A DNA stretch of 64,000 bases, taken from positions 3,153-67,152 of the forward strand of contig CAZXFX010000008.1 in NCBI GenBank assembly GCA_964640295.1, given 5' to 3'. Within the stretch, counting starts at the first letter, position 1, and every line of letters starts with the position of its first letter. Shown in pieces: positions 36,740-45,606 of this stretch. Source of the stretch: an uncultured Dehalococcoidia bacterium. Lineage in GTDB: Bacteria; Chloroflexota; Dehalococcoidia; Lucifugimonadales; UBA1123. The notes below the pieces were generated by a model. It saw nothing but the letters and a program-made list of their open reading frames with translations, was not told the origin of the DNA and made no database searches. The position numbers were made by a program, and so were the translations under genes.

Positions 36740-37360
36740 CTACTGGAGGGGCGAAACGCTCAGCGGTAGAAGCAGCTTGTTTTCCTGCTTGAGCGGCGCG
36801 ATTCCTCCGGGAGGCGGCCAGACGCCCTTCGCGCGCGTCTCCGCGCGAATCTGGGCGCGCTGATCATAGCTTTCGTAAGCCCACATGTGAATCCAGGTAT
36901 TGAGGCTGCCCAGCTCCGAATACCACGCGCCCACCAGCGGCGAGTACTTCTGCCTCTCTTCGATGTGCTTGCTCCAGGTGTCTATGACCTTGGGAATATC
37001 CCCCGCCGCGTATGTGTAGATGCGCATCTCATAGACAGGGCCCAGCTTTGCCGCGCCGCGATATTCCATGAATGGCGCCGGCAGGAATATCTCGGACTGC
37101 ATATTGAGCATGAACTCGCTGTTGTTCGGGGGCCACACGCCTTCCGCGACGACCTTAGCCCGAACTTCGCCGCGCTGGTTGAGATCTTCATACGGCCATA
37201 CGTGCACCACCTGGTTCAGCGGTCCCGCTTCTGTCTGCCAAAAACCGAACAGATCGGAATAGTTCCCGCGACCGCCCTCCTTCCACTTTTCGGCAGTCCT
37301 CTTCTCGAACTCCGGCACAGAGCGCGGCTTGAGGTCATACGTCCTGAATTCATATATCAT
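36740..37360 (-). CDS. NIPSNAP family protein (two tandem domains)
   Basis: MIYEFRTYDLKP...VHVWPYEDLNQR and a second half YEMRIYTYAAGD...IHMWAYESYDQR. Confidence 0.7.
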   Translation of the reverse strand: MIYEFRTYDLKPRSVPEFEKRTAEKWKEGGRGNYSDLFGFWQTEAGPLNQVVHVWPYEDLNQRGEVRAKVVAEGVWPPNNSEFMLNMQSEIFLPAPFMEYRGAAKLGPVYEMRIYTYAAGDIPKVIDTWSKHIEERQKYSPLVGAWYSELGSLNTWIHMWAYESYDQRAQIRAETRAKGVWPPPGGIAPLKQENKLLLPLSVSPLQ

Positions 37361-37416
37361 TCTAGTCTCCTTTTTGTAGATTATTGACGATTGTAGAAAT
37401 TACTCAGTCCAAATTA

Positions 37417-37804
37417 TTATCGTTCCATTATGTAAGTCTCAAGACCGTCCACTCGTTCAAAATTGTTGTCCAAGGTCAGTAGTGGCAACGAATGTTGAAG
37501 CGCCAGCGATGCGATAATCAGATCAGCGAATCCTAGCATACTGCCTCGTCTCATCAGTCCATAGTTTACTTCCGAAGCTATCAGCCACGTGTCTTTATCG
37601 GCATTTATAAAGGGCATCTCGGCAAGTCGGCTTGCCCAGAAGTCATAATCCGACTGAGATACGCACCCTTGCAGTATTTCAGTCAGAACTGGCCCAATCA
37701 TCTGTACATCGCCATCCGTCAGATTAAGAATCCAACATCCTGCCGCTTGGAGACGTCGGGTAATTGATATAGTTCATCCAGACTGATGTATCCGCGATAG
37801 CCAT
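37417..37804 (-). pseudogene. vapC: VapC (PIN domain) toxin gene, frameshifted
   Basis: The N-terminal piece is MAIADTSVWMNYINYPTSPSGRMLDS-stop. Another frame continues TRRLQAAGCWILNLTDGDVQMIGPVLTEILQG...FADLIIASLALQHSLPLLTLDNNF. The frame change lies near 37724-37760. Confidence 0.65.
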
Positions 37805-37805
37805 A

Positions 37806-38039
37806 CTAACCGTGTCTAATTTCCTCCAAGAATTTGTGACGCTTTCTATCCAGCTTTCTCTGACGCGCGGTTGTATCTTCGATTTTGGAGCGGCCAGCCA
37901 TCAAGCGTATATCCTGAACATTCTTCCGCTGTATGTACTCTTTCAGCGCCTCTTCCACCGCCCCGCTCTCGGTTTTCTCTCCCGTTGCCTCGACTACGGC
38001 GTCAAGCAGCTTTTTGTCAATATCGAGCGTTGTGAGCAT
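37806..38039 (-). CDS. vapB: VapB-type type II antitoxin
   Basis: MLTTLDIDKKLLDAVVEATGEKTESGAVEEALKEYI is the typical small antitoxin N-terminus. It ends 1 nt before the vapC start. Confidence 0.65.
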   Translation of the reverse strand: MLTTLDIDKKLLDAVVEATGEKTESGAVEEALKEYIQRKNVQDIRLMAGRSKIEDTTARQRKLDRKRHKFLEEIRHG

Positions 38040-38114
38040 CTGATTGTATCCCTTACTGGAGCGGACCGGTTAAGCGTCATTTTACCGCATTGCTGTATCG
38101 CGCATAAATGCGCT

Positions 38115-38909
38115 CTACCCGGATTTCCAAACCGGCCTCCGCTTCTCAGAGAAAGCGCGAGGCCCCTCGATTGCGTCCTCCGTACTCTGAACATGTTCCA
38201 TGATCGGCGCGCCGAGCCGGACAGAGTGCTCTACAGGAACATCCTTGCCCCCATAGACGATGCGCTTGATTCCCTGCACTGCGAGCGGAGCGCACAGCTT
38301 GATCTCTTCTGCGATTTCGTCGCACTTGCTGATCAGCTCTTCTCTATCCTCAACCAGATGCTGAATAAGGCCAATCTGATAGGCTCTTTCGGAATTTATG
38401 CGAGTTCCGGTGAGCATCATGTTCAGCGCCTCCCCAAGCGGAATCATGCGCGACAGGTTGTGGACGGCGTGCCCGGGGAATATGCTCCAGCGCGCTTCCG
38501 GCAGACCAAATTGCGACTGCCGGGTAGCGACTCTGATGTCGCAGCAGAGCGACATTTCCAACCCGCCGGCGACGCAGTATCCGTCAATAGCCGCGATTAC
38601 GGGTTTGAAGACTCCTCTGTCCGCGTAGGAACTCACCAGCGGCCTGCGTATCGGGCTCTCAGGTCTGTCTCCGGCCTCGTCGAGCGCGGCGCGCTCCTTC
38701 AGGTCCATGCCCGCTGAGAACGCCCGTCCGCCGCTGCCTATCAGAATTGCGACGTAGAGCTCCGGGTCGCTCCCAAATTCGTCCAGAGCCTCTCGCAGAC
38801 CTCTGCCCAGTTCGCGACTGATTGCGTTGAGCGATTCAGGCCTGTTCAGCGTGATGTATGCGATGTTGTTGCGCGTTTCGTATAGAATCGTATCGGTCGA
38901 GATAGTCAT
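38115..38909 (-). CDS. Enoyl-CoA hydratase/isomerase (crotonase) family protein
   Basis: ITLNRPESLNAI, GGRAFSAGMDLKE and AAIDGYCVAGGLEMSLCCDIRVA. Confidence 0.85.
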   Translation of the reverse strand: MTISTDTILYETRNNIAYITLNRPESLNAISRELGRGLREALDEFGSDPELYVAILIGSGGRAFSAGMDLKERAALDEAGDRPESPIRRPLVSSYADRGVFKPVIAAIDGYCVAGGLEMSLCCDIRVATRQSQFGLPEARWSIFPGHAVHNLSRMIPLGEALNMMLTGTRINSERAYQIGLIQHLVEDREELISKCDEIAEEIKLCAPLAVQGIKRIVYGGKDVPVEHSVRLGAPIMEHVQSTEDAIEGPRAFSEKRRPVWKSG

Positions 38910-38990
38910 TGCCCGCCCCCGTTAAAGCTGATTCCGAGTGTATTAGCGGCGTAGTTCAGTGTCAACGCGAGAATGCCCCTTCCCATGAAC

Positions 38991-39092
38991 CTGTATCAAG
39001 TTAGTCGCGCCACCTTGCGTAAAAGTCCCTTCTACCTTGATGGGGAAAGGCTAGGATGGGGGTGCTCCAATCCTCCGACCAAACTGATACAG
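38991..39092 (+). repeat. Copy C of the dispersed roughly 100-bp element, with the clearest terminal inverted repeat
   Basis: CTGTATCA at 38991-38998 and TGATACAG at 39085-39092 bracket GCGCCACCTTGCGTAAAAGTCCCTTCTACCTTGATGGGGAAAGGCTAGGATGGGGGTGCTCCAATCCTCCGACCAAAC. Confidence 0.65.
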
Positions 39093-39126
39093 ACTCCCTT
39101 CCCATTTTTGCCTACATATCCTCATC

Positions 39127-39357
39127 GCGCTATGCTACAATACCCACAGTCTGAGAACAAATATACCAAACATATATACCAGAAGTTATCAACCAGTCCA
39201 CGCGAGCTCGGGAAAAACTCTCTGAACTGGTGAATACAGGTCTTTGCAGGTGAAATTCAGGTGGCAACAGGTGGCATAATTCACCTGCAACGCATCAGAA
39301 GCCACCTGCGCGCCACCTGCAGGCTCGCCAGAAGAACTATAAACCAGGGGATATTCC
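39127..39357 (+). repeat. Left arm of a long inverted repeat (partner 52514-52772); contains an extended -10 and a CACCTGC/GCAGGTG motif cluster
   Basis: TGCTACAAT at 39133-39141. There are six GCAGGTG/CAGGTGGC/GCCACCTG motifs between 39246 and 39319. The reverse complement aligns by eye over most of its length with 52514-52772. Confidence 0.7.
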
Positions 39358-39467
39358 TCACGGAATATGTATGAGACTGATATAGACTTACGGCTGGAAG
39401 ATGGGTTCATATAGAGCCTCTTTCGTTGTAAACTCAGCCCATACGAAACAACCAGACGGAGGCAAAT

Positions 39468-41069
39468 ATGCCCGTAGATATGAATCGTGAAAGCTGGAAG
39501 CCGGGAGACAGTTGGGAGAAAGCGATAGAGGACATACGCTATGTTCGGGAACTGGCGGCGGAGCTCGGAGGGCCTGAACGGATCAAGCGACAGCATGATG
39601 GCGGACGCTATACCGTCCGCGAGCGCATAGACAAGATGGTTGACACAGGCAGCTTTCTGGAAGCCGGTCCAATGGTAGGCGCGGCGGAATTCGACGAGGA
39701 CGGCAATATCCGCGGCTTCACTCCCGGAGCGTACGTGATGGGACTGGCCGAAATAGATGGACGCCCGGTCGCCATTGGCGGAGACGATTTTACGATATCC
39801 GGGGGCAGTCCACACAATGTTCGGAAAGGAGCGAGGCAGTTCACTCAGCCGCTTGCTGTGCAGTACGGCATACCTTATGTGCAGCTAGTGGAGGGCGTGG
39901 GACACAGCTCCAAGTCGGACGAGGCCTCCGGACACATGGGTCTGCCCGGAGGCGATCTGTGGTGGCGTGGCGTCGAACTACTGAGAAGCGTTCCTGTCGC
40001 CGCCGGGATCATGGGTTCGGTAGCCGGAGCGCCCGCCGCCTTCGCTCTGATGTCCCATTTCACGGTAATGATCAAGGAACAATCCCAGATATTCCCGTCC
40101 GGACCGCCGGTAGTGCGCCGCGCGATTGGCGAGACGCTGGACAAAGAGGAACTCGGCGGATACCAGATGCACGTCCACGACAGCGGCCAGGTGGACAACG
40201 TGGCCGAGTCCGAAGAAGACGCGTTCGAGCAGATCAAGTCGTTCATCTCCTATCTCCCCAATACGACAAACGATGTCGCGCCCCGGGTGGAAACGGGCGA
40301 CCCGCCCGATCGCAGACCGGAAGAATTGCTCAACATCATTCCGACCAACCGCAAGCGCTCCTATGACCCTCGCAAGCTGATTCGCCTGGTCGTGGACAAT
40401 GGCGAATTCTTCGAGATGCGTCGGCATTGGGGCGGAGCCGTCATAACAGGCTTCGCTCGCCTGGACGGATACAGTGTAGGGGTGATTGGGAGCGACCCGC
40501 GCTCGATGGCGGGAGCCATGGACGGCTGGGCGGCTGAGAAGTACGCGCACTTCGTTGATCTGTGCGACGCCTTCAACCTGCCAGTCGTGATATTCCTGGA
40601 TATGCCCGGATTCATGCTCGGCTCGCACGCCGAGCGAAAGGCAACGATGCGCAGGGGCGTGCGCGCGCTGATAGCGAGCGCCGAAGCGGACGTGCCTAAG
40701 ATCGAATTCAACGTCCGCAAAGCGTATGGCGTCGCGGCGGACGCTCCGCACAGCCTCGGCCACCCGAATGGACTGAACTTGCGCTTCGGATGGCCAGCCG
40801 GAGAGTGGGGCGGCATACCAATAGAGGGAGGCGTCGCGGCGGCGTACCGACGCGAAATCGAAAACGCGCCCGACCCGGACGCCCATCGCGAAATGATCGA
40901 AAATCGCCTGCTCAGACTCAGGTCGCCGTTCAGAGCCGCGTACAAAGGCGACGTGGTTGATCTGATAGATCCGCGCGAAACCCGACAACTCGCGTGCAGG
41001 TTCGTAAAGCTGGCGCAGCCCATGCTGCATAAGCTTGCCCAGAGGCCAAAGCGCGCCGTCCGCCCGTGA
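39468..41069 (+). CDS. Acyl-CoA carboxylase carboxyltransferase (beta) subunit family protein
   Basis: 533 aa. Has GRPVAIGGDDFTISGGS, a duplicated crotonase-like carboxyltransferase fold, and PVVIFLDMPGFMLG. Confidence 0.85.
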   Translation: MPVDMNRESWKPGDSWEKAIEDIRYVRELAAELGGPERIKRQHDGGRYTVRERIDKMVDTGSFLEAGPMVGAAEFDEDGNIRGFTPGAYVMGLAEIDGRPVAIGGDDFTISGGSPHNVRKGARQFTQPLAVQYGIPYVQLVEGVGHSSKSDEASGHMGLPGGDLWWRGVELLRSVPVAAGIMGSVAGAPAAFALMSHFTVMIKEQSQIFPSGPPVVRRAIGETLDKEELGGYQMHVHDSGQVDNVAESEEDAFEQIKSFISYLPNTTNDVAPRVETGDPPDRRPEELLNIIPTNRKRSYDPRKLIRLVVDNGEFFEMRRHWGGAVITGFARLDGYSVGVIGSDPRSMAGAMDGWAAEKYAHFVDLCDAFNLPVVIFLDMPGFMLGSHAERKATMRRGVRALIASAEADVPKIEFNVRKAYGVAADAPHSLGHPNGLNLRFGWPAGEWGGIPIEGGVAAAYRREIENAPDPDAHREMIENRLLRLRSPFRAAYKGDVVDLIDPRETRQLACRFVKLAQPMLHKLAQRPKRAVRP

Positions 41070-41097
41070 AAGCGTCTAATTGAACAGGAGAGTCAAG

Positions 41098-41661
41098 ATG
41101 GTGACTACTAGGACGAGAAACTGGCCCACATACGAAGAATACATCGACATCCCCGGCGATAACCGTTACGAGCTAATTAATGGAGAATTCATATTGGTTT
41201 CCGCGCCTAACGAATCCCACCAGACGGTCGAATTACGGCTTGGCGCGCGGCTATATATCTTCGTGGAAGAGGACAATAATTTGGGACGAGTCTATACCGC
41301 TCCGTTCGAGGTCGTTCTAACTGATCCTGAAGGCATAAACATCGTCCAACCCGACATCATCTTCGTATCCAAAGAGCGCGAACATATCATCACGCCTACC
41401 AATATACAGGGCGCGCCCGATCTGCTGATCGAGATTCTTTCCCCTTCGACGCGCAGAAGGGACAGAACGACCAAGCGCGACCTCTACGCCCGGCACGGAG
41501 TCAGGGAATACTGGCTGGCCGACCCCGACGCCCAGACCGTGGTCGTCATGCTCTTGAACGACGGCGAATTCGAGACGGCGAGAGAGTACGGCATAGAAGA
41601 CACCCTCACCTCACCCACCCTGGAAGGCTTCTCCGTAAGACTGGACAGCATATTCACGTAA
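41098..41661 (+). CDS. Uma2-family (DUF820) PD-(D/E)xK endonuclease-like protein
   Basis: YELINGEF, QPDIIFVSKE, APDLLIEILSPST, KRDLYARHGVREYWLADP. An AGGAGA RBS precedes the ATG at 41098. Confidence 0.8.
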   Translation: MVTTRTRNWPTYEEYIDIPGDNRYELINGEFILVSAPNESHQTVELRLGARLYIFVEEDNNLGRVYTAPFEVVLTDPEGINIVQPDIIFVSKEREHIITPTNIQGAPDLLIEILSPSTRRRDRTTKRDLYARHGVREYWLADPDAQTVVVMLLNDGEFETAREYGIEDTLTSPTLEGFSVRLDSIFT

Positions 41662-41685
41662 CGAACAACGCGACATGGAGAGACA

Positions 41686-42582
41686 ATGGAATACCAGATT
41701 TGGCTCAACGGCGAATATGTGGACCGCGACAAGGCCCAGATTGGGATGACCGACCGCGGATTTCGGCTCGGCGATGTCGTGTTCGATACATCGAGGACGT
41801 TCAACGGAAAGGTGTTCAAGCTCAGAGACCACCTGCTGAGGCTGTACAGATCGCTCAAATATGTGCGGATAGACCCTGGCATATCACTCGACCGGATGGA
41901 ACGGCTGACGCTCGATGTAGTGGAACGCAACGAAGAGTTGCGCAGTCGCCTCAACGACGACTACATGATAACCCAGATAGTGACCGGCGGCGTGGGCAGA
42001 CGCGGAGATAGCGACCCAAATATCGCAATCTGGATTGACCCGCTTGGCTCGCCCCGGTGGGCCCCGGCGTATGATGCAGGCGCTCACGCCGTGATTCCAA
42101 GGACCCGCAGCTATTCGTCCGAGAGCCTCGACCCCAAGGTCAAGCACTACAGCCGCCTGAATTTCGTTCTCGCTGAGATTGAAGCGGCGGACGTTGACCC
42201 AGACGCCATGCCCGTCCTGCTCGATTCAGACGGATACCTGAGCGAAGGATCGGGAGCCAACTTCTTCGTGGTCTCAGACGGAACTCTCAAGACATCCAGG
42301 GACAATAGCGTTCTCCAGGGCGTTTCCAGACTTACAGTGATGGAGATTGCTGAAACGCTTGGAATACCGGCGGTCGAAGACGACCTTCAGCCATACGACG
42401 TTTACACGGCAGACGAGGCTTTCTTCTGCAGCACCCCGTACTGCATATTGCCGGTCGGTCGAGTTGACAACAGAGAAATAGGCGAGGAGGCGCCAGGCCC
42501 AATCACGAACCAGCTATTGGCGGCGTGGAGCGAGAGGGTGGGGCTGGACATAGCTGACCAGTTGAAGCGCCTACCCAGATAG
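41686..42582 (+). CDS. Class IV aminotransferase (branched-chain amino acid / D-amino acid aminotransferase family)
   Basis: GFRLGDVVFDTSRTFNGKVFKLRDHLLRL, EGSGANFFVV, LQGVSR. Confidence 0.8.
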   Translation: MEYQIWLNGEYVDRDKAQIGMTDRGFRLGDVVFDTSRTFNGKVFKLRDHLLRLYRSLKYVRIDPGISLDRMERLTLDVVERNEELRSRLNDDYMITQIVTGGVGRRGDSDPNIAIWIDPLGSPRWAPAYDAGAHAVIPRTRSYSSESLDPKVKHYSRLNFVLAEIEAADVDPDAMPVLLDSDGYLSEGSGANFFVVSDGTLKTSRDNSVLQGVSRLTVMEIAETLGIPAVEDDLQPYDVYTADEAFFCSTPYCILPVGRVDNREIGEEAPGPITNQLLAAWSERVGLDIADQLKRLPR

Positions 42583-42741
42583 GCTGTCGTTAGCCTTTCT
42601 ATGCCCAGACGCTACGGATTCCCAGAACCTCAAAATGAGCGAGCTCAAGGTATGAAATAGCCTTGACACGAACTGTTGTGCGCCATTAAATTGTTATATA
42701 CACTTAATAGCGTTCAATTGAGTCCCAAGTTAGGAGAAACA

Positions 42742-43512
42742 ATGGGAAATCCAGTAGTGCATTTTGAAATCGCGGGGCCAGACGGTCCCGCCCTGCAACA
42801 ATTCTACCGAGACCTATTCGGCTGGAACATCGAGGTTCTGGACGAAGAAATGGGCTTCTACGGCATCGTGTCCGCAAACGAAGGGGGCGTTGGAGGCGGC
42901 ATATTCCAAACCGAAGGAAACACGCCTGCTGAGTATGCTGATGTAATGCCGTCCAGCCATGTTACCGTATATATCCAAGTTGACGATCTCCAAGCCACTC
43001 TGGACAAGATTTCCAAAATCGGCGGCTCTCAGGCAATACCGCCTACTGAGATCGCGCCGGGCATGGGTTCGATAGCGATGTTCACCGACCCCGCCAACAA
43101 CTTCATGGGACTCTACTCGCTCCCTACCGGATGGGACGGCGAAATGCCCCCAAAGGGAAACGCGCCTCCGGTCGTTCATTTCGAGGTCGGCGGCAATGAC
43201 GTCCAGGCCCTGGAAAGTTTCTACGCGCAGATGTTTGGATGGAATATCAATTTCATCGCTGAAGCCAACTACCGTCTGGTTGAGCGAGAAGCGGACGGCA
43301 TCGGCGGCGGAATGTTCGAGCATACGGAGGGTATGCCGCCCAACGCCCCTTCCATCGCTGTACAGGTCGAAGACCTGCAAACCTGCCTCGATAGAGCTGT
43401 AAGCCTGGGCGGAACCGCCCTCATGCAACCCATGGACATACCGGGCGGATTCGGTTCCCTGGCGATCTTCAATGACATCGCCGGCAACCGCATCGGGCTG
43501 TTCAGTTCATAG
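42742..43512 (+). CDS. VOC (glyoxalase/bleomycin-resistance) family protein, two tandem domains
   Basis: VVHFEIAGPD...FYRDLFGWNI is repeated as VVHFEVGGND...FYAQMFGWNI. An AGGAGA RBS precedes the ATG at 42742. Confidence 0.75.
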   Translation: MGNPVVHFEIAGPDGPALQQFYRDLFGWNIEVLDEEMGFYGIVSANEGGVGGGIFQTEGNTPAEYADVMPSSHVTVYIQVDDLQATLDKISKIGGSQAIPPTEIAPGMGSIAMFTDPANNFMGLYSLPTGWDGEMPPKGNAPPVVHFEVGGNDVQALESFYAQMFGWNINFIAEANYRLVEREADGIGGGMFEHTEGMPPNAPSIAVQVEDLQTCLDRAVSLGGTALMQPMDIPGGFGSLAIFNDIAGNRIGLFSS

Positions 43513-43665
43513 AGAGATAACAGACGCGCGCGTCCTCCATTTTCAAAGCCGCGCCCTTCCCCGCGGCCTGTAGCGTCCCGTTCGCCCTGAGCTTGTCGAA
43601 GAGTGAGCGGGACGCTACGCCTTCCATTATTTTGAAAATGCCCTGTTACCCTGACGCTCGCAACA

Positions 43666-44205
43666 TTGACATATATTGGCCGACTCCCCTACCATCTCGA
43701 CATGGACAAGATACTCTATCCCAAGCGCTTTCAGAAATTGGACCCGCGGTTGCAATGGGGCATCTCCACCATGTGGCCGGCAGTCTTGCTGGTTGGGATA
43801 GGCTATGCGGCTTTTTTGTCGTTCGCTCTGCTTGCAATGGGAATGAACCCGGTGAGCGCCACCTCGATCTACCTCGACGGCGCGCTCTTCGCCCTGGATC
43901 CAATCATTGCCACTTGCATGGGCGGCTGGATACTGTTCGCATACCTGTATTCAGTCACCGCTATGCCAGCCCGGGCGATTGAACAAGGTCAATCATCAAA
44001 TCATACTGGATTCTACGCATTCACGACATTCCTGATCGGCTTGGTATTGCGCCTGCTGCCGGCGCGGGTCCCATTCTTCACCCGCAGCCTCGCGCCCGCT
44101 GAACCGAGCGAAAGTTCCACAAATCTATTTGCGCGCCGAGATCCCCCTCTGCGCCAGACAGACAGATGGCTGCATGGCCATCATCCCCCTCTAGTGTACG
44201 AATAG
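43666..44205 (+). CDS. Hypothetical membrane protein
   Basis: Three to four hydrophobic helices with no recognised motif. The start is uncertain (43666 or 43702). Confidence 0.35.
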   Translation: MTYIGRLPYHLDMDKILYPKRFQKLDPRLQWGISTMWPAVLLVGIGYAAFLSFALLAMGMNPVSATSIYLDGALFALDPIIATCMGGWILFAYLYSVTAMPARAIEQGQSSNHTGFYAFTTFLIGLVLRLLPARVPFFTRSLAPAEPSESSTNLFARRDPPLRQTDRWLHGHHPPLVYE

Positions 44206-44454
44206 TCTCACTCTCTCATCCCCACTTTGGCTTCGCGTCGTTCCTAATCGCGCGCGGTCGCTTTGCGCGCAACCGCTGTCGCTGTGGATGCCCGCAACCG
44301 CGGAACAACCCCAATACCGCGTAGAATAGCTGCGAGAAACAGATAGAGGACAATCTCCACTCGCTTCTCGATAGCCGCTCCGCCGCATTGTCGCTTGCTC
44401 CCGAACCGGGCCGCGAAGTTCTAAACCACAGCAATTCATGGGAGAAGTGAATCA

Positions 44455-45303
44455 ATGCAATTTTGCATTCGACTGATGACTATTGCGTTTCTGTCCTCGG
44501 CGATCATATTCGTGGTTGCCTGCTCGTCGGGACTGACCGAATCTCAGGTCATCGAACTCATACAAACGCATTCCACCCCTGGTCCCGCAGGCGAGCAGGG
44601 CCCTCCGGGTCCGCAGGGGCCGCAAGGTGATGTTGGAGATACAGGTATGCAAGGTCCACAGGGTGAGGTTGGTCCGAAAGGCGCCAAGGGCGATCCGGGT
44701 CCGCAGGGAGCCAGAGGTGGCGCGGGGCCGCAAGGCGATACTGGCCCACAAGGTAAGACTGGTCCGAAAGGCGCCAAAGGAGATACGGGACCGCAGGGGC
44801 CCAGAGGCGACGCAGGGCCGCCGGGCGACACTGGCCCACAAGGTGAGCCTGGTCCGAAAGGCGCCAAAGGAGACAGGGGACCGCAGGGGCCACAGGGCGA
44901 TATCGGACCCCGAGGCGAAGAAGGTCCCGCGGCTAAAGTCATAACAGTTCCCAGTTTCTGGTTCATCCAGTCCTTTGACGACGGCGACACATATGCGGAA
45001 CTCTGGTCTCCGAAGAACACCTATAACGAGGCCATCGTCAAATTGTGTAGGTCAGATAGTATCTGGGTAAACGGTGACTTCTCAGATATTGGAGGAGAGA
45101 GAGTCGAGGTCGCCTACACAGGCGAAGACGGTCGAATTACAGACAGGTGGTATGTGTCAGAAAGTGGGGACGCCATATTCGGCGATAACAGATTCACTCT
45201 CACACTCGCCACCTCTGACGAAGTACTCCTGGAAGTTCCCGCGGCGGACTTTTCAACGATGTTTCAGACGTCGGGATACCCAATTGATAGGTGTGGACTC
45301 TAG
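44455..45303 (+). CDS. Collagen-like (Gly-X-Y) repeat lipoprotein with a globular C-terminal domain
   Basis: Lipobox VVACSSG, then 39 uninterrupted G-X-Y triplets, then a roughly 120-aa non-repetitive domain. Confidence 0.8.
   Translation: MQFCIRLMTIAFLSSAIIFVVACSSGLTESQVIELIQTHSTPGPAGEQGPPGPQGPQGDVGDTGMQGPQGEVGPKGAKGDPGPQGARGGAGPQGDTGPQGKTGPKGAKGDTGPQGPRGDAGPPGDTGPQGEPGPKGAKGDRGPQGPQGDIGPRGEEGPAAKVITVPSFWFIQSFDDGDTYAELWSPKNTYNEAIVKLCRSDSIWVNGDFSDIGGERVEVAYTGEDGRITDRWYVSESGDAIFGDNRFTLTLATSDEVLLEVPAADFSTMFQTSGYPIDRCGL
44581..44931 (+). repeat. Gly-X-Y coding repeat with an underlying 90-bp tandem periodicity
   Basis: GGTCCGAAAGGCGCCAA[AG]GG recurs at about 44671, 44761 and 44851, giving the 30-aa unit [30 protein letters not shown]. 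Confidence 0.8.
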
Positions 45304-45313
45304 GTGTGCAAAT

Positions 45314-45360
45314 ATAGCTGCGTCCTGCCGCGCGCAATCGCCATCGCAGGACGCAGCTAT
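45314..45360. terminator. Strong hairpin immediately after the collagen-like gene (no T-tract)
   Basis: ATAGCTGCGTCCTGC, a 17-nt loop, then GCAGGACGCAGCTAT. The 15-bp stem is perfect. Confidence 0.45.
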
Positions 45361-45606
45361 GGCCGTGAGATCCGGCGTCTGAACCTACCCACACAACCAT
45401 TGAGAGCGCGTCGGCGTTTAGTTCGCCGGCGCGCCGGCGCATAGAATCAGACCATACTTGGCGGTATCGTGTGGGGTTAGCGAACTGTTCAGACAATCCC
45501 GATTTCTCTCAGCGCCGCATGAAAACCATAACGATGCTTCCCCCATTGCCTACGGCGGGCACTCTGCGTAAACTTATCCAATCCAAACCGCACCGAGGAG
45601 AAACAC

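Noticed and set aside
39243-39325. Cluster of short CACCTGC/GCAGGTG repeats, considered as a possible CRISPR array.
   Set aside because: The repeats are only 7-8 nt long, occur in both orientations, are irregularly spaced by 2-15 nt and have no spacer structure. No cas genes are present in the window.
44452-45020. Minus-strand and alternative-frame ORFs across the collagen-like repeat (44452..44841, 44544..45020, 44558..44893, 44627..44944).
   Set aside because: GGN-CCN-rich G-X-Y coding DNA is open in several frames. Only the plus frame has a lipoprotein signal, an unbroken Gly every third residue and a non-repetitive C-terminal domain.
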